Assembly: GCA_030167865.1 (NCBI GenBank) | Contig: JALAGF010002695.1 | Location: forward strand, 56,774-76,773 | Direction of reading: 5' to 3' | DNA length: 20,000 nt | From: Craspedostauros australis | Taxonomy: Eukaryota | In this document: in pieces, positions 19,152-20,000 of the stretch | Layout of the letters: the number at the start of each line of letters is the position of its first letter | How positions within the stretch are numbered: the stretch's first letter is position 1 | Notes under the pieces: model-generated | The model's database searches: none | What the model saw: the letters and a program-made list of their open reading frames with translations, nothing else | What the model was told of the DNA's origin: nothing | Program-made: the position numbers and the translations under genes

Positions 19152-20000
19152 TTATGGATATGATTCATCGAGACCAAGCTGTTCGTTGACACACTTCACG
19201 ATCTCGTGCTCGAAAGCCGATAGGCTTGCCGGGAGGTCATCCGTACTGCTGACGTCGCAGTAGCAGTTTTCGCTTTCGTCATCGTCGGCGGCAGCGTTGT
19301 CGCCATCGTTGTCGGCGTCCAGATTCCGGCCGCGACCTCGGACCATCGACGGCGACGTTGACGATGGCTTCGCCGGCTCTGCCATGGATGCAGATTCCAG
19401 CCTTTCGCTTCGTTCTTGGCGGATGCTCTCGCGAGCCAACGCGCGTCGTTGGCGTTGATTCTCAGCTGAATCATCCATGGCGAATGTACCCACGGACGGA
19501 TTCCTGAACTTGGTATTGCTTAGGTCTTGTGTCCACCGATCCTTCTGACCCATTGCAGCCACCAGAGCGCGGTTGCGGCTCCGATTGCGACGACGATCAC
19601 CCCCATCCAAAGTGTCGAAGAGCTGCACCGTGGATATGTTGCATCCTCGGCACTGGGCCTTCACGTCGTACGTGATCGTCGGCGTCGTATCCGAAGCAGA
19701 CGTCAACGTAGCCTCCATGATCGACACGAAATTCGAATCGCACACTTCGAGCGATGCGACTTCGTATGCCACGATGGCGCATTCCTCGAACGCCTCTCGC
19801 TCTTCGTCTGACAGCACGTCCACCGACCTTCCGTTGAGGAAAGAGGCGAAGACATTGTCAAGGGAGATCGTGGCATTGAATGGTGTGGGCTTGCTGGGGC
19901 AGCTCGTCTCCTGGACCTCCTGGATGATTTCGAAGGTGTTACTTGCATCTTCATCCAGCAGTGCGAGGGCTTCCGATGGCAGAGGAGCACGGTTCGCCAG
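19152..20000 (-). CDS. 3' part of a tandem paralog of the 952-aa secreted protein (5' end lies outside the window)
   Basis: The frame is open from the window edge: LANRAPLPSEALALLDEDASNTFEIIQEVQETSC...AFEECAIVAYEVASLEVCDSNFVSI...YDVKAQCRGCN...CVNEQLGLDESYP*. It is colinear with the C-terminal third of 14265-17123. Confidence 0.9.
   Translation of the reverse strand: MANRAPLPSEALALLDEDASNTFEIIQEVQETSCPSKPTPFNATISLDNVFASFLNGRSVDVLSDEEREAFEECAIVAYEVASLEVCDSNFVSIMEATLTSASDTTPTITYDVKAQCRGCNISTVQLFDTLDGGDRRRNRSRNRALVAAMGQKDRWTQDLSNTKFRNPSVGTFAMDDSAENQRQRRALARESIRQERSERLESASMAEPAKPSSTSPSMVRGRGRNLDADNDGDNAAADDDESENCYCDVSSTDDLPASLSAFEHEIVKCVNEQLGLDESYP

Noticed and set aside
18508-19192. Two short ORFs (71 and 90 aa) with identical C-termini
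   Set aside because: The identity comes from the duplicated LTR, and there are no gag/pol motifs.

Overview
Eukaryotic genomic DNA with GT-AG introns. A diatom/stramenopile origin is inferred from gene style and RxL-rich secreted proteins and is not proven. Contents: (1) a 2-exon Got1/GOLT1-family membrane protein gene with an atypical signal-peptide and Asp/Tyr-rich extension (129-1317, +); (2) a 9-exon full-size ABCA transporter of about 1707 aa (8768-1711, -) with an 18-nt micro-exon inside Walker A; (3) a low-confidence low-complexity ORF (10703-9903, -); (4) an intronless S9B dipeptidyl-peptidase IV/8/9-like gene (11345-13819, +); (5) two tandem paralogous genes for a secreted, Cys-patterned, RxL/polybasic-site protein (17123-14265 and >20000-19152, -); (6) between the paralogs, an intact 594-bp non-coding LTR element of TRIM type (18450-19043) with identical 182-bp TG...CA LTRs, PBS, PPT and a 5-bp TSD. 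The most unusual signal is in the TRIM. Each LTR contains a ~48-nt tRNA-like module (acceptor stem, T-arm, discriminator) whose 3' end is the exact complement of the element's own PBS apart from the CCA, followed by a perfect Pol III B-box. The element may therefore encode its own reverse-transcription primer (hypothesis).
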